Notes: generated by a model not told the origin, from the sequence alone. A stretch of DNA of 64,000 nt from Actinomycetes bacterium (GCA_037137575.1 JBAXKB010000002.1:1833-65832); one strand, 5' to 3'; shown: positions 1-10,578, counted from the stretch's first letter. A program made the numbers and translations.

Positions 1-2096
1 TCAAGAGTCGCCGCAACCTGAACCTTCGGGTAACGCTCAGCCAAGTCATTTACGATTTCGCCAAGCTTTGACTTCTTAACTTCAACATTCACGTATGGGT
101 AGTCTTCTGGCAATGCTTCGTTGAACAGTGCGCGACCCAATGTAGTTTCAAGAACGAGAGTATCTCCCGGTGTCCAACCAGCAGGTGTTTGATCAGCTGG
201 TGGCACAACATCGGTAAAGCGAATCTTTACCTTGCTCTGTAGGCCAACGCCATGCAAATCAAAAGCCATAACTGCTTCAGAAACAGAACTGTAGATTTGG
301 CCTTCGCCAATGCCGCCAGTTTGTTCACGAGTAAGGAAGTACAAACCAAGAACCATGTCCTGAGTCGGTGAAGTAACCGGGCGACCGTTTGCTGGCGACA
401 AAATGTTATTTGTCGAAAGCATCAAGACGCGCGCTTCAGCCTGAGCTTCAGCAGATAGTGGAACGTGCACAGCCATCTGGTCGCCGTCGAAGTCAGCGTT
501 GAACGCAGTACATACGAGTGGGTGAATCTGGATTGCCTTGCCTTCGATCAACTGTGGTTCGAAAGCCTGGATACCCAAACGGTGCAGCGTAGGTGCGCGG
601 TTAAGTAAAACTGGATGTTCAGTAATTACTTCTTCCAAAACATCCCAAACAACTGAACGCTGACGTTCAACCATGCGCTTTGCACTCTTAATGTTCTGTG
701 CATGATTTAGGTCAACTAGGCGTTTCATAACGAATGGCTTGAAAAGTTCAAGTGCCATCTGCTTTGGCAAACCACACTGATGCAGTTTGAGCTGTGGACC
801 AACAACGATTACGGAACGACCTGAGTAGTCAACGCGCTTTCCGAGCAAGTTCTGACGGAAACGACCTTGCTTACCCTTAAGCATGTCTGAAAGTGACTTA
901 AGTGGACGGTTACCCGGACCAGTTACTGGGCGACCACGACGACCGTTATCGAACAACGCATCTACAGATTCCTGAAGCATACGCTTTTCGTTGTTAACAA
1001 TAATTTCAGGAGCGCCAAGATCTAGAAGACGCTTCAAGCGGTTGTTGCGGTTGATAACGCGGCGGTACAAATCGTTCAGGTCTGAAGTAGCGAAACGGCC
1101 ACCATCTAGCTGAACCATTGGACGTAGATCTGGTGGAATAACCGGAACGGCGTCTAGCACCATAGCTGCCGGTGAACCACCGGTTGAAAGGAATGCATTG
1201 ACAACCTTGAGGCGCTTTAGCGCACGTGTCTTCTTTTGACCCTTACCGTGCTGAATTATGTCTTTAAGCTTTTCTGCTTCAGCAGCAAGATCGAAAGTTT
1301 GTAGGCGATGCTGGATTGCAGCTGCGCCCATTCCGCCCTTGAAGTAGCGACCGAAGTTCTCGCGCATTTCGCGGTAAAGAATTTCGTCACCTTCAAGATC
1401 CTGAACCTTTAGTGTGCGGAAGCGATCGAAGACGCGATCTAGGCGATCGATTTCCTGATCAGACTTTTTGCGAACACCGGCCACTTCACGCTCGCCTGAT
1501 TCGCGAACTTTACGCTTTACATCAGCCTTCGCGCCTTCAGCTTCTAGCTCGCCAAGATCTTCTTCCATCTTCTGCAAACGCTCGTTGATGATTACATCGC
1601 GCTTATTGGTTAGGTTCTTCTTCTTTTCGCTTAGTCGTGCTTCCAAAGTTGGCAGATCTTCACGACGACCTGCTTCATCAACTTCGGTGATCATGTAAGC
1701 GGCGAAGTAGATAACCTTTTCCAAGTCTTTTGGCGCAAGGTCAAGTAGGTAACCAAGACGACTTGGCACACCCTTGAAGTACCAAATGTGGGTTACTGGA
1801 GCAGCAAGTTCGATGTGACCCATGCGCTCGCGGCGAACCTTTGAGCGAGTTACTTCAACGCCACATCGTTCACAAACGATGCCCTTGAAACGCACGCGCT
1901 TGTACTTACCGCAGTAACATTCCCAGTCGCGAGTTGGACCGAAGATCTTTTCACAGAACAGGCCATCGCGCTCAGGCTTAAGTGTGCGGTAGTTGATGGT
2001 TTCAGGCTTCTTAACCTCACCATGTGACCAAGCTCGGATGTGTTCAGCACCAGCAAGACCAATTCGCAATTCGTCGAAGACATTTACGTCTAGCAC
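1..2096 (-). CDS. rpoC: DNA-directed RNA polymerase subunit beta-prime, N-terminal ~698 codons (3' end lies beyond window start)
   Basis: Reverse frame is open from the window edge to a GTG at 2096. The N-terminus [82 protein letters not shown] is the canonical beta-prime zinc-ribbon start. It lies 53 nt downstream of rpoB. It is missing from the ORF track because there is no stop inside the window. Confidence 0.97.
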   Translation of the reverse strand, partial: MLDVNVFDELRIGLAGAEHIRAWSHGEVKKPETINYRTLKPERDGLFCEKIFGPTRDWECYCGKYKRVRFKGIVCERCGVEVTRSKVRRERMGHIELAAPVTHIWYFKGVPSRLGYLLDLAPKDLEKVIYFAAYMITEVDEAGRREDLPTLEARLSEKKKNLTNKRDVIINERLQKMEEDLGELEAEGAKADVKRKVRESGEREVAGVRKKSDQEIDRLDRVFDRFRTLKVQDLEGDEILYREMRENFGRYFKGGMGAAAIQHRLQTFDLAAEAEKLKDIIQHGKGQKKTRALKRLKVVNAFLSTGGSPAAMVLDAVPVIPPDLRPMVQLDGGRFATSDLNDLYRRVINRNNRLKRLLDLGAPEIIVNNEKRMLQESVDALFDNGRRGRPVTGPGNRPLKSLSDMLKGKQGRFRQNLLGKRVDYSGRSVIVVGPQLKLHQCGLPKQMALELFKPFVMKRLVDLNHAQNIKSAKRMVERQRSVVWDVLEEVITEHPVLLNRAPTLHRLGIQAFEPQLIEGKAIQIHPLVCTAFNADFDGDQMAVHVPLSAEAQAEARVLMLSTNNILSPANGRPVTSPTQDMVLGLYFLTREQTGGIGEGQIYSSVSEAVMAFDLHGVGLQSKVKIRFTDVVPPADQTPAGWTPGDTLVLETTLGRALFNEALPEDYPYVNVEVKKSKLGEIVNDLAERYPKVQVAATL

Positions 2097-2149
2097 TTTG
2101 TTTCCTCTATTTCTTTTAAAACTTTTTGGGACGGATACTTAAGCGAAGA

Positions 2150-5100
2150 TTAGATTTCTTCGACGCTGAGTGCCTCGCGGCGCGACAGATCGATACCTAG
2201 TTCTTCAGCAGTGCGGAAGACTTCTTCAGCGGTGTCGCGCAATTCGATTGCTTGACCATCGCTTGAAAGTACTTCGACGTTGAGACATAGTGACTGCATT
2301 TCTTTGATAAGCACCTTGAATGACTCTGGGATGCCTGGCTCAGGAATGTTTTCACCCTTAACAATTGCCTCGTATACCCGAACACGACCAAGTACATCGT
2401 CAGACTTGATGGTTAGGAGTTCCTGAAGTGCGTATGAAGCACCGTATGCCTCAAGCGCCCAAACTTCCATTTCACCAAAGCGCTGACCACCGAACTGTGC
2501 TTTACCACCGAGCGGCTGTTGCGTGATCATTGAGTAAGGACCGGTTGAACGTGCGTGGATCTTGTCGTCTACCAAGTGGAGAAGTTTCAAGATGTATGCG
2601 TAGCCAACTGAAATCTCGCCTGGGAATGGCTCACCGGAACGGCCGTCGAACAATTTAGCCTTTCCGTTTTCGCCAACCAAAGTTAGACCTTCACGAGTTT
2701 TCAAAGTTGATGACAACAAGCCGGTGATTTCTTCTTCGCGAGCACCATCGAAAACTGGAGTAGCAAGATTTGTGCGTGGCGGAATCGACTTGTGGCCGGA
2801 CTTAATCAAATGCTCTGCCCAAGCAGGCTCGCCTTCGATTTCCCAACCCTGTGACGCAATCCAGCCAAGGTGCAATTCAAGAATCTGACCAATGTTCATA
2901 CGACCAGGAACACCAAGTGGGTTCAAGATCACATCAACAGGGGTTCCATCTTCCAAAAATGGCATATCTTCCGGTGGAAGAATCTTGGCAATAACACCCT
3001 TGTTACCGTGACGGCCAGCAAGTTTGTCACCTGCCGTGATTTTGCGCTTCTGCGCGATGTAGACACGAACCATCTGGTTAACACCAGGAGCTAGTTCGTC
3101 ACCGTCTTCAGATGAGAAGACCTGAACGCCAATAACTTTTCCGGATTCACCATGTGGCACCTTAAGTGAGGTGTCGCGAACTTCACGCGCTTTCTCGCCG
3201 AAGATAGCACGAAGTAAACGCTCTTCTGGAGTTAGTTCGGTTTCACCCTTAGGAGTTACCTTGCCAACAAGAAGATCGCCTGGCACAACATCGGCGCCAA
3301 CGCGGATGATGCCACGCTCGTCGAGATCGGCTAGAACTTCATCTGAAAGATTCGGAAGATCACGAGTAATTTCTTCTGGACCAAGCTTGGTATCGCGAGC
3401 ATCGATTTCATGCTTTTCGATGTGGATCGATGAAAGAACATCGTCTTGTACCAAACGCTGATTCAAAATGATCGCGTCTTCGTAGTTGTGACCTTCCCAT
3501 GGCATGAATGCCACGAGTAGGTTACGACCAAGAGCCATTTCACCGTTGTCAGTACTTGGACCGTCAGCCAGAATTTGACCATCTTCAACACGGTCACCTT
3601 CGTTAACGATTGGCTTCTGGTTGTAGCAAGTGCCCTGGTTTGACCGGCTGAACTTACGAAGTGCGTAAGTAACATGCTTGCCAGCATCTTCTTCAACCGA
3701 GATTGAGTCAGCTGAGACTTCAGTGATGACGCCGCTACCAGTTGCAACGATTACATCGCCAGCATCTTTAGCTGCGCGGTATTCCATGCCGGTACCAACG
3801 AATGGTGATTCAGCGCGAAGTAACGGCACAGCCTGACGCTGCATGTTGGCACCCATGAGTGCGCGGTTTGCATCGTCGTGCTCAAGGAACGGAATCATTG
3901 CTGTTGCAACAGAAACCATCTGACGTGGTGAAACGTCCATGAAGTCAACTTCGTCGCCAGTTACGTAATCGACTTCGCCGCCCTTTGTGCGAACCAGCAC
4001 GCGCTGATCCTGGAAGGTGTTGTCTTCATTAAGTAGCGAGTTAGCCTGCGCGATAACGTGCAAGTCTTCTTCGTCGGCAGTTAAGTACTCAATCTTGTCG
4101 GTGACTTTACCCTTTGAAACCTTGCGGTAAGGAGTCTCGACGAAACCGAATGCGTTGATGCGAGCGAATGTTGAAAGCGCGCCGATAAGACCAATGTTTG
4201 GACCTTCAGGAGTTTCAATCGGACACATACGACCGTAGTGCGATGGGTGAACGTCGCGGACTTCGAAGCCTGCGCGCTCACGAGACAAACCACCGGGACC
4301 AAGCGCTGACAAACGACGCTTGTGGGTAAGGCCTGAAAGTGGGTTGGTCTGATCCATGAACTGTGACAACTGTGAAGTTCCGAAGAACTCCTTGATTGCT
4401 GCAATGACTGGACGAGTGTTGATCAAGGTAAGCGGAGTAATCGCTTCTGGATCCTGAGTAGTCATGCGTTCGCGAACTACGCGCTCCATACGAGAAAGAC
4501 CGGTACGAATCTGATTCTGGATTAGTTCGCCAACGGTACGCAGACGACGGTTACCAAAGTGATCGATGTCATCAACTTCAACACGAGTTGTGCCACGCTC
4601 TGACTGGAATTCAGTTTCGCCTGCATGCAAACGCACCAAGTATTCGATAGTTGCAAGAATGTCGCTTACTTCAAGAACGGTCTTGGTTGGATCTGTGGTT
4701 AGACCAAGCTTCTTATTGACCTTGTAACGACCGACCTTTGCCATGTCGTAACGCTTTGGATTGAAGTAGAAGTTGTTTAGCAAACTACGTGATGCTTCAA
4801 CGGTTGGTGGTTCACCTGGACGCAGCTTGCGGTAAATATCGAGCAACGCTTCATCTTGTGTAACGGTTGTGTCTTTGTCCAAGGTGCTCATCATTGATTC
4901 GTAAGCACCGAACTGGGTGCGAATGTCTTCGTTGGTTAGACCAAGTGACTTTAGGAAGGTAGTTACGTGCTGCTTACGCTTGCGATCGATACGGACTGAA
5001 ACGATGTCCTTTTTATCGATTTCAAATTCAAGCCAAGCGCCACGGCTAGGAATAATTTTTGTGGTGAAAACATCTTTGTCAGAAGACTTGTCGATTGAAC

Positions 5101-5614
5101 TTTCAAAGTAAACACCAGGTGAGCGAACAAGCTGCGAAACAACTACGCGCTCGGTGCCGTTGATTATGAAAGTGCCCATCTTGGTCATAAGTGGGAAGTC
5201 GCCCATGAATACGGTCTGGCTCTTGATTTCGCCAGTCTCGTTGTTCATGAATTCTGCATTCACATACAGTGGCTGCGAGTAAGTAATGTCTTTATCGCGA
5301 CATTCATCTTCGGTGTACTTCGGATCATCAAAGCCAGGCTCGGTGAAGGTCAACGACATCTGGCCGTTGTAATCCTCGATTGGGCTGATTTCAGAAAATA
5401 CATCTTCAAGACCAGGGGTCTGCGGAATTTCGCTGTTGCCGGATTCAAGTGCAGCAGCCACGCGGGCTTTCCACACATCGTTTCCAAGTAACCAATCGAA
5501 TGATTCCATCTGAAGCGCTAAAAGATTTGGAGCTTCTAGAGGCTCACGAATCTTTGCGAATGAGACCCTCTTTGGGCCAGTGGAACTGCGGGAAGTTGAG
5601 CGCGAGGATGCCAA
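2150..5614 (-). CDS. rpoB: DNA-directed RNA polymerase subunit beta
   Basis: 1154-aa ORF with hallmark RpoB motifs ([46 protein letters not shown]). TTG start at 5614 is preceded by GGAAGGA about 6 nt upstream. Confidence 0.98.
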   Translation of the reverse strand: MASSRSTSRSSTGPKRVSFAKIREPLEAPNLLALQMESFDWLLGNDVWKARVAAALESGNSEIPQTPGLEDVFSEISPIEDYNGQMSLTFTEPGFDDPKYTEDECRDKDITYSQPLYVNAEFMNNETGEIKSQTVFMGDFPLMTKMGTFIINGTERVVVSQLVRSPGVYFESSIDKSSDKDVFTTKIIPSRGAWLEFEIDKKDIVSVRIDRKRKQHVTTFLKSLGLTNEDIRTQFGAYESMMSTLDKDTTVTQDEALLDIYRKLRPGEPPTVEASRSLLNNFYFNPKRYDMAKVGRYKVNKKLGLTTDPTKTVLEVSDILATIEYLVRLHAGETEFQSERGTTRVEVDDIDHFGNRRLRTVGELIQNQIRTGLSRMERVVRERMTTQDPEAITPLTLINTRPVIAAIKEFFGTSQLSQFMDQTNPLSGLTHKRRLSALGPGGLSRERAGFEVRDVHPSHYGRMCPIETPEGPNIGLIGALSTFARINAFGFVETPYRKVSKGKVTDKIEYLTADEEDLHVIAQANSLLNEDNTFQDQRVLVRTKGGEVDYVTGDEVDFMDVSPRQMVSVATAMIPFLEHDDANRALMGANMQRQAVPLLRAESPFVGTGMEYRAAKDAGDVIVATGSGVITEVSADSISVEEDAGKHVTYALRKFSRSNQGTCYNQKPIVNEGDRVEDGQILADGPSTDNGEMALGRNLLVAFMPWEGHNYEDAIILNQRLVQDDVLSSIHIEKHEIDARDTKLGPEEITRDLPNLSDEVLADLDERGIIRVGADVVPGDLLVGKVTPKGETELTPEERLLRAIFGEKAREVRDTSLKVPHGESGKVIGVQVFSSEDGDELAPGVNQMVRVYIAQKRKITAGDKLAGRHGNKGVIAKILPPEDMPFLEDGTPVDVILNPLGVPGRMNIGQILELHLGWIASQGWEIEGEPAWAEHLIKSGHKSIPPRTNLATPVFDGAREEEITGLLSSTLKTREGLTLVGENGKAKLFDGRSGEPFPGEISVGYAYILKLLHLVDDKIHARSTGPYSMITQQPLGGKAQFGGQRFGEMEVWALEAYGASYALQELLTIKSDDVLGRVRVYEAIVKGENIPEPGIPESFKVLIKEMQSLCLNVEVLSSDGQAIELRDTAEEVFRTAEELGIDLSRREALSVEEI

Positions 5615-5994
5615 GGGTGTTCCTTCCGAACTGCTAGTGAAGCCATAACAAAGTAGACATAGTCAAATGCACAAAGGCACAAGATTAGTCTGTTTTGGGG
5701 TATGGCGAAGTTACAGCATACCTAGAGGCGGTTGCCGCTGTCCAATGCAGGGAGTTTTTTGCGAAAAACCCTCGATTTTTCGGGCTTTTTCCCTGTGCTG
5801 GACAGCTGATCCAGGTGAAAAGGCCGATTATCATCGGTTTTGCGCAATTCCCGCGTGAGCGTTACCTACAATTCGGGCTAAAAACCCTTATTTTGCAGTG
5901 CTCGATGGGTCTTGCAGTTATCTTGCTTGCTCATCGTTGCCTACTTTCGGGCATCCGTCAAGCACCTAGGCAAGAAATGTTGAGAAGTGGGCAC

Positions 5995-6032
5995 AAAAAA
6001 GTGTGGGCAGATCCAATTGGATCTGCCCACAC
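5995..6032 (-). terminator. Rho-independent terminator/attenuator between rplL and rpoB
   Basis: Perfect 14-bp stem GTGTGGGCAGATCC / GGATCTGCCCACAC (6001-6014 / 6019-6032) with an AATT loop. It is followed on the minus strand by T6 (complement of A5995-6000), 16 nt after the rplL stop. Confidence 0.85.
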
Positions 6033-6047
6033 TTAAAAGTAAATAAA

Positions 6048-6434
6048 TTACTTAAGGGTTACCGTTGCGCCTGCGCCTTCAAGAGATGCCTTGGCTGCCT
6101 CAGCGGCATCCTTTTTGACCTTCTCAAGTACTGGCTGTGGTGCGGCTTCAACTAGGTCCTTTGCTTCTTTCAAACCTAGGTTTGTTAGAGCGCGAACTTC
6201 CTTGATAACGGCAATCTTCTGTGCGCCGCCATTTTCAAGGATGACATCGAATTCATCCTGTTCAGCAGCAGCAGCGCCATCGCCGCCACCGGCTGCAGGC
6301 GCAGCAGCGACAGCAACAGGTGCTGCAGCGGTTACGCCGAAGACTTCTTCGAACTGTGAAACAAATTCTGACAACTCAATGAGAGTCAGTTCTTTAAAGG
6401 CATCGATTAAATCGTCGGTGCTGAGCTTAGCCAT
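6048..6434 (-). CDS. rplL: 50S ribosomal protein L7/L12
   Basis: 128 aa with an Ala/Gly hinge and the C-terminal [24 protein letters not shown] motif. It sits downstream of rplJ. Confidence 0.97.
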   Translation of the reverse strand: MAKLSTDDLIDAFKELTLIELSEFVSQFEEVFGVTAAAPVAVAAAPAAGGGDGAAAAEQDEFDVILENGGAQKIAVIKEVRALTNLGLKEAKDLVEAAPQPVLEKVKKDAAEAAKASLEGAGATVTLK

Positions 6435-6485
6435 GATGGCTTCCTTCCAGTCGGGGGCTAGTAGGCCCTTTGTTAGTTGAGGGGC

Positions 6486-7232
6486 CTAGCCCTCGGTCGT
6501 TTCTGCTTCAGCGGGCGCTTCAGCACTTTCTTCTGTTGCAACTTCGGCTACTACCTCATCGGCAGGTGCTTCAGTTGCGTCCGTTGTTACCTCAGCGGGT
6601 GCTTCGGCAACTGTTTCTGTCTCAACGGGTGCTGAGGCAGATTCAACGTTTTCGGTAGCTACATCAGATGCAGCTGGTTCGCTTGAATCAGCAGGTGCGC
6701 TTGCAACTGCTGGTGTTTCTGTTTCGACCTTGGCGCGCAGTGCGTCGACGGTACGAACAACCTGAGATAGCGGAGCCTGGAACAATGCAGCAGCTTTCGC
6801 CAATGCAGCATTCGCAGCGCCAGCCACCTTGGACAACAGAACTTCACGTGATTCAAGTTTGGCTAGCTTCTTGATATCGTCGGCAGTTAGGAATTTTCCA
6901 TCCAAAATGCCGCCCTTGATAACAAGTAGCGGGTTTTGTTTAGCGAAGGTGTCTAAGCCTTTGGCAGCAGCTACTGGGTCGCCTTTAATAAAAGCAATTG
7001 CAGTTGGGCCAACGAGTAAATCGTCGAAACCAACAACTCCAGCATCTTTTGCCGCAATCTTTGACAATGTGTTCTTCACAACGGCGTATGTGGTGTCAGA
7101 TCCAAGAGAACGACGAAGTTCCTTTAGTTGACCCACAGTTAAACCGCGGTACTCGGTCAACACTGCAGCAGATGAAGCACGGAATTCTTCCGTGATTTCT
7201 GCAACTGCAGCGGCCTTGTCAGCGCGTGCCAT
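6486..7232 (-). CDS. rplJ: 50S ribosomal protein L10 with ~78-aa acidic C-terminal extension
   Basis: [43 protein letters not shown] is a typical L10 N-terminus. I chose the ATG at 7232 (AAGGAG 5 nt upstream) rather than the ORF-track start at 7280. The tail is rich in E/A/P/T. Confidence 0.93.
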   Translation of the reverse strand: MARADKAAAVAEITEEFRASSAAVLTEYRGLTVGQLKELRRSLGSDTTYAVVKNTLSKIAAKDAGVVGFDDLLVGPTAIAFIKGDPVAAAKGLDTFAKQNPLLVIKGGILDGKFLTADDIKKLAKLESREVLLSKVAGAANAALAKAAALFQAPLSQVVRTVDALRAKVETETPAVASAPADSSEPAASDVATENVESASAPVETETVAEAPAEVTTDATEAPADEVVAEVATEESAEAPAEAETTEG

Positions 7233-7262
7233 GATGCTCCTTGAATGTCGTGGCACCACAAT

Positions 7263-7292
7263 AAAAAAAGCCCCGCGCAAGTAAGGCGGGGC
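7263..7292 (-). promoter_or_regulatory. Terminator-like hairpin plus T7 inside the rplJ 5' leader (candidate L10-leader attenuator)
   Basis: GC-rich 7-bp stem GCCCCGC / GCGGGGC (7270-7276 / 7286-7292) is followed on the minus strand by TTTTTTT. It lies about 30 nt upstream of the rplJ ATG, and no upstream minus-strand gene exists for it to terminate. Confidence 0.55.
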
Positions 7293-7549
7293 AACACGCT
7301 AAAAGCGTTTCGCTCAATCTGACCTGCGCTGGCGCTCCAGTTGTGGAGCCTTAGCCTCAAGGTTCTTGGTTTCCCAAGTTCCCTTGATGACCGGCGGTCT
7401 TCGGTTTGTTAATAGAACTTTAGGGGGTTCGGGGGTAGCGAGTCAAAACGGCGAAGAAATAACCTGCTATTCGAACCTTTAAACTGAGGTTTCTTCTGGA
7501 TTTCATAAAAATACGCGAGTACAACACAAAATCCACAGGCAAAATCTAT

Positions 7550-7578
7550 TGACATTCCTTTGTCTGACGTTGTTTTAT
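7550..7578 (+). promoter_or_regulatory. Sigma70-like promoter for the 7605-8131 cassette
   Basis: Perfect -35 TTGACA (7550-7555), 17-nt spacer and -10 TTTTAT (7573-7578, 4/6 match). It lies about 27 nt upstream of the ATG at 7605 in an AT-rich intergenic stretch. Confidence 0.5.
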
Positions 7579-7604
7579 AGGTTTGTGCAATTTACTTTGC
7601 TGGA

Positions 7605-7838
7605 ATGCCCAGCAAAGGTATCCGAGTTTTAGCGTCAGCGTTACGCCACGGCATTGCAAAAGCCGACATCTTGCACGCCATTCGATTGCCTTTACGAATA
7701 TTTGATCAGGATGATGGCATTAAGTTCATCATCGGGCCAAGCAGATCCGGCGAACTACTTGAAGTCGCCTTTCGAATTCATGAAGGTGAATTAGTAACTT
7801 TCCACGCTATGCGTGCCCGAGATAAATACCTACGGTGA
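7605..7838 (+). CDS. Small hypothetical protein, candidate toxin of a type II TA-like pair (BrnT/RelE-fold-like by eye)
   Basis: 77-aa ORF. The pattern RHGIAKADILHAI...IIGPSRSGELLEVAF...GELVTFHAMRARDKY resembles small BrnT-type toxins (HGV..ee...; G....G.lL.V......iISAR.A...E...Y). Its stop overlaps the next ORF's start (GTGA). Confidence 0.45.
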   Translation: MPSKGIRVLASALRHGIAKADILHAIRLPLRIFDQDDGIKFIIGPSRSGELLEVAFRIHEGELVTFHAMRARDKYLR

Positions 7839-8131
7839 TAAACATGAAACCAGCAGAAAATGATGATTTTGATTACGAAGCGGCAAGTCAACTTGCATTC
7901 GAATACGAGCTTTCTGACGAAGCAAAGGACGCTATCCGCATATTCTCCACCCTCGAGCTAACTCGAAAAAACATGAAGAAAGCTCAGATTGAACTGGAAG
8001 TTGCTATCAAAGAAGCCTACGATTTCGATCAAGGATGGGGCGCAGTTGCTTCGATGCTTGGAATCGCCGAATCTGAAGCCGAAAATCAATACGGGTCACT
8101 TATAAAGAAGAAACCAAAGAAGTCCGCTTAA
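7835..8131 (+). CDS. Small hypothetical protein, candidate antitoxin partner
   Basis: 98-aa ORF with a GTG at 7835 overlapping the upstream stop (alternative ATG at 7844). It has an acidic N-terminus, a helical middle and a Lys-rich tail (LIKKKPKKSA). No family was recognised. Confidence 0.4.
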   Translation: MINMKPAENDDFDYEAASQLAFEYELSDEAKDAIRIFSTLELTRKNMKKAQIELEVAIKEAYDFDQGWGAVASMLGIAESEAENQYGSLIKKKPKKSA

Positions 8132-8154
8132 ATTTTCCAAAATTTTCACGCAAT

Positions 8155-8187
8155 AAAAAACTGGCCGACACTAAAAGTGCCGGCCAG
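8155..8187 (-). terminator. Rho-independent terminator after rplA
   Basis: Stem CTGGCCG.CAC / GTG.CGGCCAG (8161-8171 / 8177-8187) with one internal mismatch and a TAAAA loop. It is followed on the minus strand by TTTTTT, 14 nt after the rplA stop. It may also stop the convergent + strand cassette. Confidence 0.75.
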
Positions 8188-8200
8188 TTCAATGAAGTTA

Positions 8201-8920
8201 TTAGTTGTCTTCGTCTTCAGCAAGCAGGTTGCGAGTCAGGTTGGAATCAATCTGAATGCCAGGGCCCATCGTGCTGGAGATTACAGCCTTGCGGATGTAA
8301 CGACCCTTGGATGATGATGGCTTAATACGCAAAATTTCATCCAAAGCAGCAGCATAGTTTTCAACAAGCTGAACTTCGGTGAAAGATGCCTTACCGATGA
8401 TGAAGTGCAGGTTCGAGTGCTTATCAACACGGAACTCAATCTTTCCACCCATGATGTCAGATACTGCCTTGGCAACATCCATAGTGACTGTTCCAGTTTT
8501 TGGATTTGGCATCAAGTTTCTTGGGCCAAGAACTTTACCTAGTCGACCGACTTTACCCATCAAGTCTGGGGTTGCAACGACAGCATCAAAATCTGTCCAA
8601 CCGCCTGAAACTTTGTCGATGAGATCGTCAGAGCCAACAAAGTCAGCACCAGCCGCGCGTGCTTCGTCAGCCTTTTCACCGGTAGCAAAGACCAGGACGC
8701 GAGCGGTCTTGCCTGTGCCGTGTGGAAGGTTGACAGTGCTACGCACCATTTGATCTGCCTTACGCGGATCGACACCAAGCAACATCGCAATTTCAACAGT
8801 CTGATCGAACTTAGTTGAAGTAGCGCCGGCCTTAGCTAAACGCACTGCAGCCAATGGGCTATAAAGTGCATTTTTGTCGATAGTCGCGGCAGCTTTGTTA
8901 TAAGCCTTACCGTGCTTCAT
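8201..8920 (-). CDS. rplA: 50S ribosomal protein L1
   Basis: 239 aa with [35 protein letters not shown] and the position downstream of rplK. Confidence 0.97.
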   Translation of the reverse strand: MKHGKAYNKAAATIDKNALYSPLAAVRLAKAGATSTKFDQTVEIAMLLGVDPRKADQMVRSTVNLPHGTGKTARVLVFATGEKADEARAAGADFVGSDDLIDKVSGGWTDFDAVVATPDLMGKVGRLGKVLGPRNLMPNPKTGTVTMDVAKAVSDIMGGKIEFRVDKHSNLHFIIGKASFTEVQLVENYAAALDEILRIKPSSSKGRYIRKAVISSTMGPGIQIDSNLTRNLLAEDEDN

Positions 8921-8991
8921 TTCTTTCTCCTTTGATTGTTGTGGAGGTCGTGGTTAGAACCTGAAGCAGGTTCTCCCACTTGTCGTGATGA
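8921..8991 (-). promoter_or_regulatory. Structured rplK-rplA intergenic RNA (possible L1 autoregulatory site)
   Basis: The minus-strand RNA reads GUGG-GA-[GAACCUG CUU CAGGUUC]-UAA-CCAC and then AAAGGAG before the rplA ATG. A GGGAG-containing helix-loop-helix recalls L1-binding sites. This is inference only. Confidence 0.25.
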
Positions 8992-9420
8992 TTAACTGAC
9001 GGTTACACCCATAGAGCGAGCGGTACCTTCAATGATTAGCATTGCGGCATCAATGTCGTTTGCATTGAGATCAACAAGCTTTTGTGCAGCAATTTCGCGT
9101 ACCTGGTCTTTAGTGATGTTTGCGACCTTGTTGGTATGCGGAACTCCCGAACCTTTTTCGATGCCAGCAGCTTTAAGAATTAACTTTGCTGCCGGTGGGG
9201 TCTTGGTGACAAATGTGAAAGTACGATCTTCATAAACCGTAATTTCAACAGGAATCACCTGACCGCGCTGGCTTTCTGTCTCAGCGTTGTACGCCTTGCA
9301 GAAATCCATGATGTTTACACCATGCTGGCCAAGTGCTGGACCAACGGGCGGAGCAGGGTTTGCTTCGCCAGCTTTGATCTGTAGCTTGATCAGACCGGTG
9401 ACCTTTTTTGATGGGGCCAT
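8992..9420 (-). CDS. rplK: 50S ribosomal protein L11
   Basis: 142 aa with [35 protein letters not shown], the classic L11 N-terminal domain. Confidence 0.97.
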   Translation of the reverse strand: MAPSKKVTGLIKLQIKAGEANPAPPVGPALGQHGVNIMDFCKAYNAETESQRGQVIPVEITVYEDRTFTFVTKTPPAAKLILKAAGIEKGSGVPHTNKVANITKDQVREIAAQKLVDLNANDIDAAMLIIEGTARSMGVTVS

Positions 9421-9441
9421 GTCTTTTGCGTCCTTTTTCTT

Positions 9442-10347
9442 TTAGTTCTTCTGGATCTGGTTGAAGCCCAGCTCCACGGGAGTCTCTCGGCCGAAAATTT
9501 CGACCAGACCCACGACTTTTTGTGCATCCAAGTTAATCTCTGAGATTGTTGCATGCAGGGTGGCAAATGGACCGTCCACAACCATGACGGAATCGCCAAT
9601 GTTGAGATCGATCTCAAATTTCGGTCCAGAATTACCCTTGGCGCGTGCCGCTGGTGCAGAATTACCTGCTGCAGCAACAGTTGCCAATGGCTTCTCAACC
9701 GGCGGACGAAGCATGCCAAAAGCTTCATCCAAAGTTAGTGGCGCAGGGTTGTGACCCTGCCCAACAAATCCAGTTACGCCTGGAGTGTGGCGAACCGCAC
9801 CCCAAGATTCGTCGGTTAGATCCATGCGCACAAGAACATATCCTGGGAACTTGTTGCGCTTAACAACCTGACGCTTGTCTTTCTTGATTTCAGTTACTTC
9901 TTCTGTTGGAACAGCAACTTCAAAAATGAAATCTTCCATCGATAGCGAAATAGTGCGGGTCTCGATGTTTTGCTTAACCCGATTTTCAAAACCTGCGTAG
10001 GAATGAAGTACATACCATTCACCAGGAAGAAGTGACAAGCGAGTGCGGAATGCCTCGGCTGGATCTTCCTCAAGTTCTGGCGCGGCTTCTTCAACGGCTT
10101 CGATAGTTGCTGCTTCTGCGTCTGCAGAGTCGCCAGCGATTTCAGCTTCGATTGCAGCGCTTAAGTCAAAGCTAACTGTTGCATCATCTGCTACTTCGCC
10201 AGCAACATCTACATCGGCAGAGCCGGTGTAATCGTTCTCGGTGATTTGCACAGCGTCATCGTTGGCAATCGGTTCTGCAATTTGCGCAGCATCTACTGAC
10301 ACTTCATCTTCTGATGAAGTTGCCTGCAAGAAAGTTGGGTCTGACAC
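9442..10347 (-). CDS. nusG: Transcription termination/antitermination factor NusG (with acidic N-terminal extension)
   Basis: 301 aa. An NGN domain ([21 protein letters not shown]) and a KOW domain ([21 protein letters not shown]) follow about 100 acidic residues. It lies between secE and rplK. Confidence 0.95.
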   Translation of the reverse strand: MSDPTFLQATSSEDEVSVDAAQIAEPIANDDAVQITENDYTGSADVDVAGEVADDATVSFDLSAAIEAEIAGDSADAEAATIEAVEEAAPELEEDPAEAFRTRLSLLPGEWYVLHSYAGFENRVKQNIETRTISLSMEDFIFEVAVPTEEVTEIKKDKRQVVKRNKFPGYVLVRMDLTDESWGAVRHTPGVTGFVGQGHNPAPLTLDEAFGMLRPPVEKPLATVAAAGNSAPAARAKGNSGPKFEIDLNIGDSVMVVDGPFATLHATISEINLDAQKVVGLVEIFGRETPVELGFNQIQKN

Positions 10348-10362
10348 TCTGGGTTTCCTTAC

Positions 10363-10578
10363 TTATCCGAAAATCTTTAGTACGGCTTTGGTGAAGCCAA
10401 AGTCCATTGTTGCCACTATTAAAGCAAGTACAGTTACGAAAACTACAACAACAGTTGTGTAGGTGATTAGCTGTTCACGGGTCGGCCAAACAACTTTTTT
10501 AAGTTCAGCAACAACCTGACGCAGAAACAATGCAAAGCGCGCAAATGCATTTTGTCGCGCAGCGGTCTCAGTGCTCAT
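10363..10578 (-). CDS. secE: Preprotein translocase subunit SecE
   Basis: 71 aa with a single C-terminal TM segment and FLRQVVAELKKVVWPTREQLITYT. It has the conserved position between tRNA-Trp and nusG. Confidence 0.9.
   Translation of the reverse strand: MSTETAARQNAFARFALFLRQVVAELKKVVWPTREQLITYTTVVVVFVTVLALIVATMDFGFTKAVLKIFG

Noticed and set aside
5667-6036. ORFs 5667-5858 and 5695-6036 (+) in the rplL-rpoB intergenic region
   Set aside because: They lie in the known long rpoB leader and overlap the rplL terminator hairpin. They have no Shine-Dalgarno sequence and implausible sequence composition, so the region is better explained as the rpoB 5' UTR or attenuator.
6091-7195. Several long ORFs antisense to, or out of frame with, rplL and rplJ (for example 6091-6480 +, 6470-6658 +, 6829-7131 +)
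   Set aside because: They mirror GC-rich Ala/Glu/Pro codon runs of highly conserved ribosomal protein genes. Their translations are low-complexity and they have no RBS, so they are typical shadow ORFs.
9442-10347. About 100-aa acidic N-terminal extension of NusG as a novelty
   Set aside because: N-terminal acidic extensions of NusG are common in Actinomycetota (Streptomyces-type NusG is about 300 aa), so this is ordinary for the lineage.
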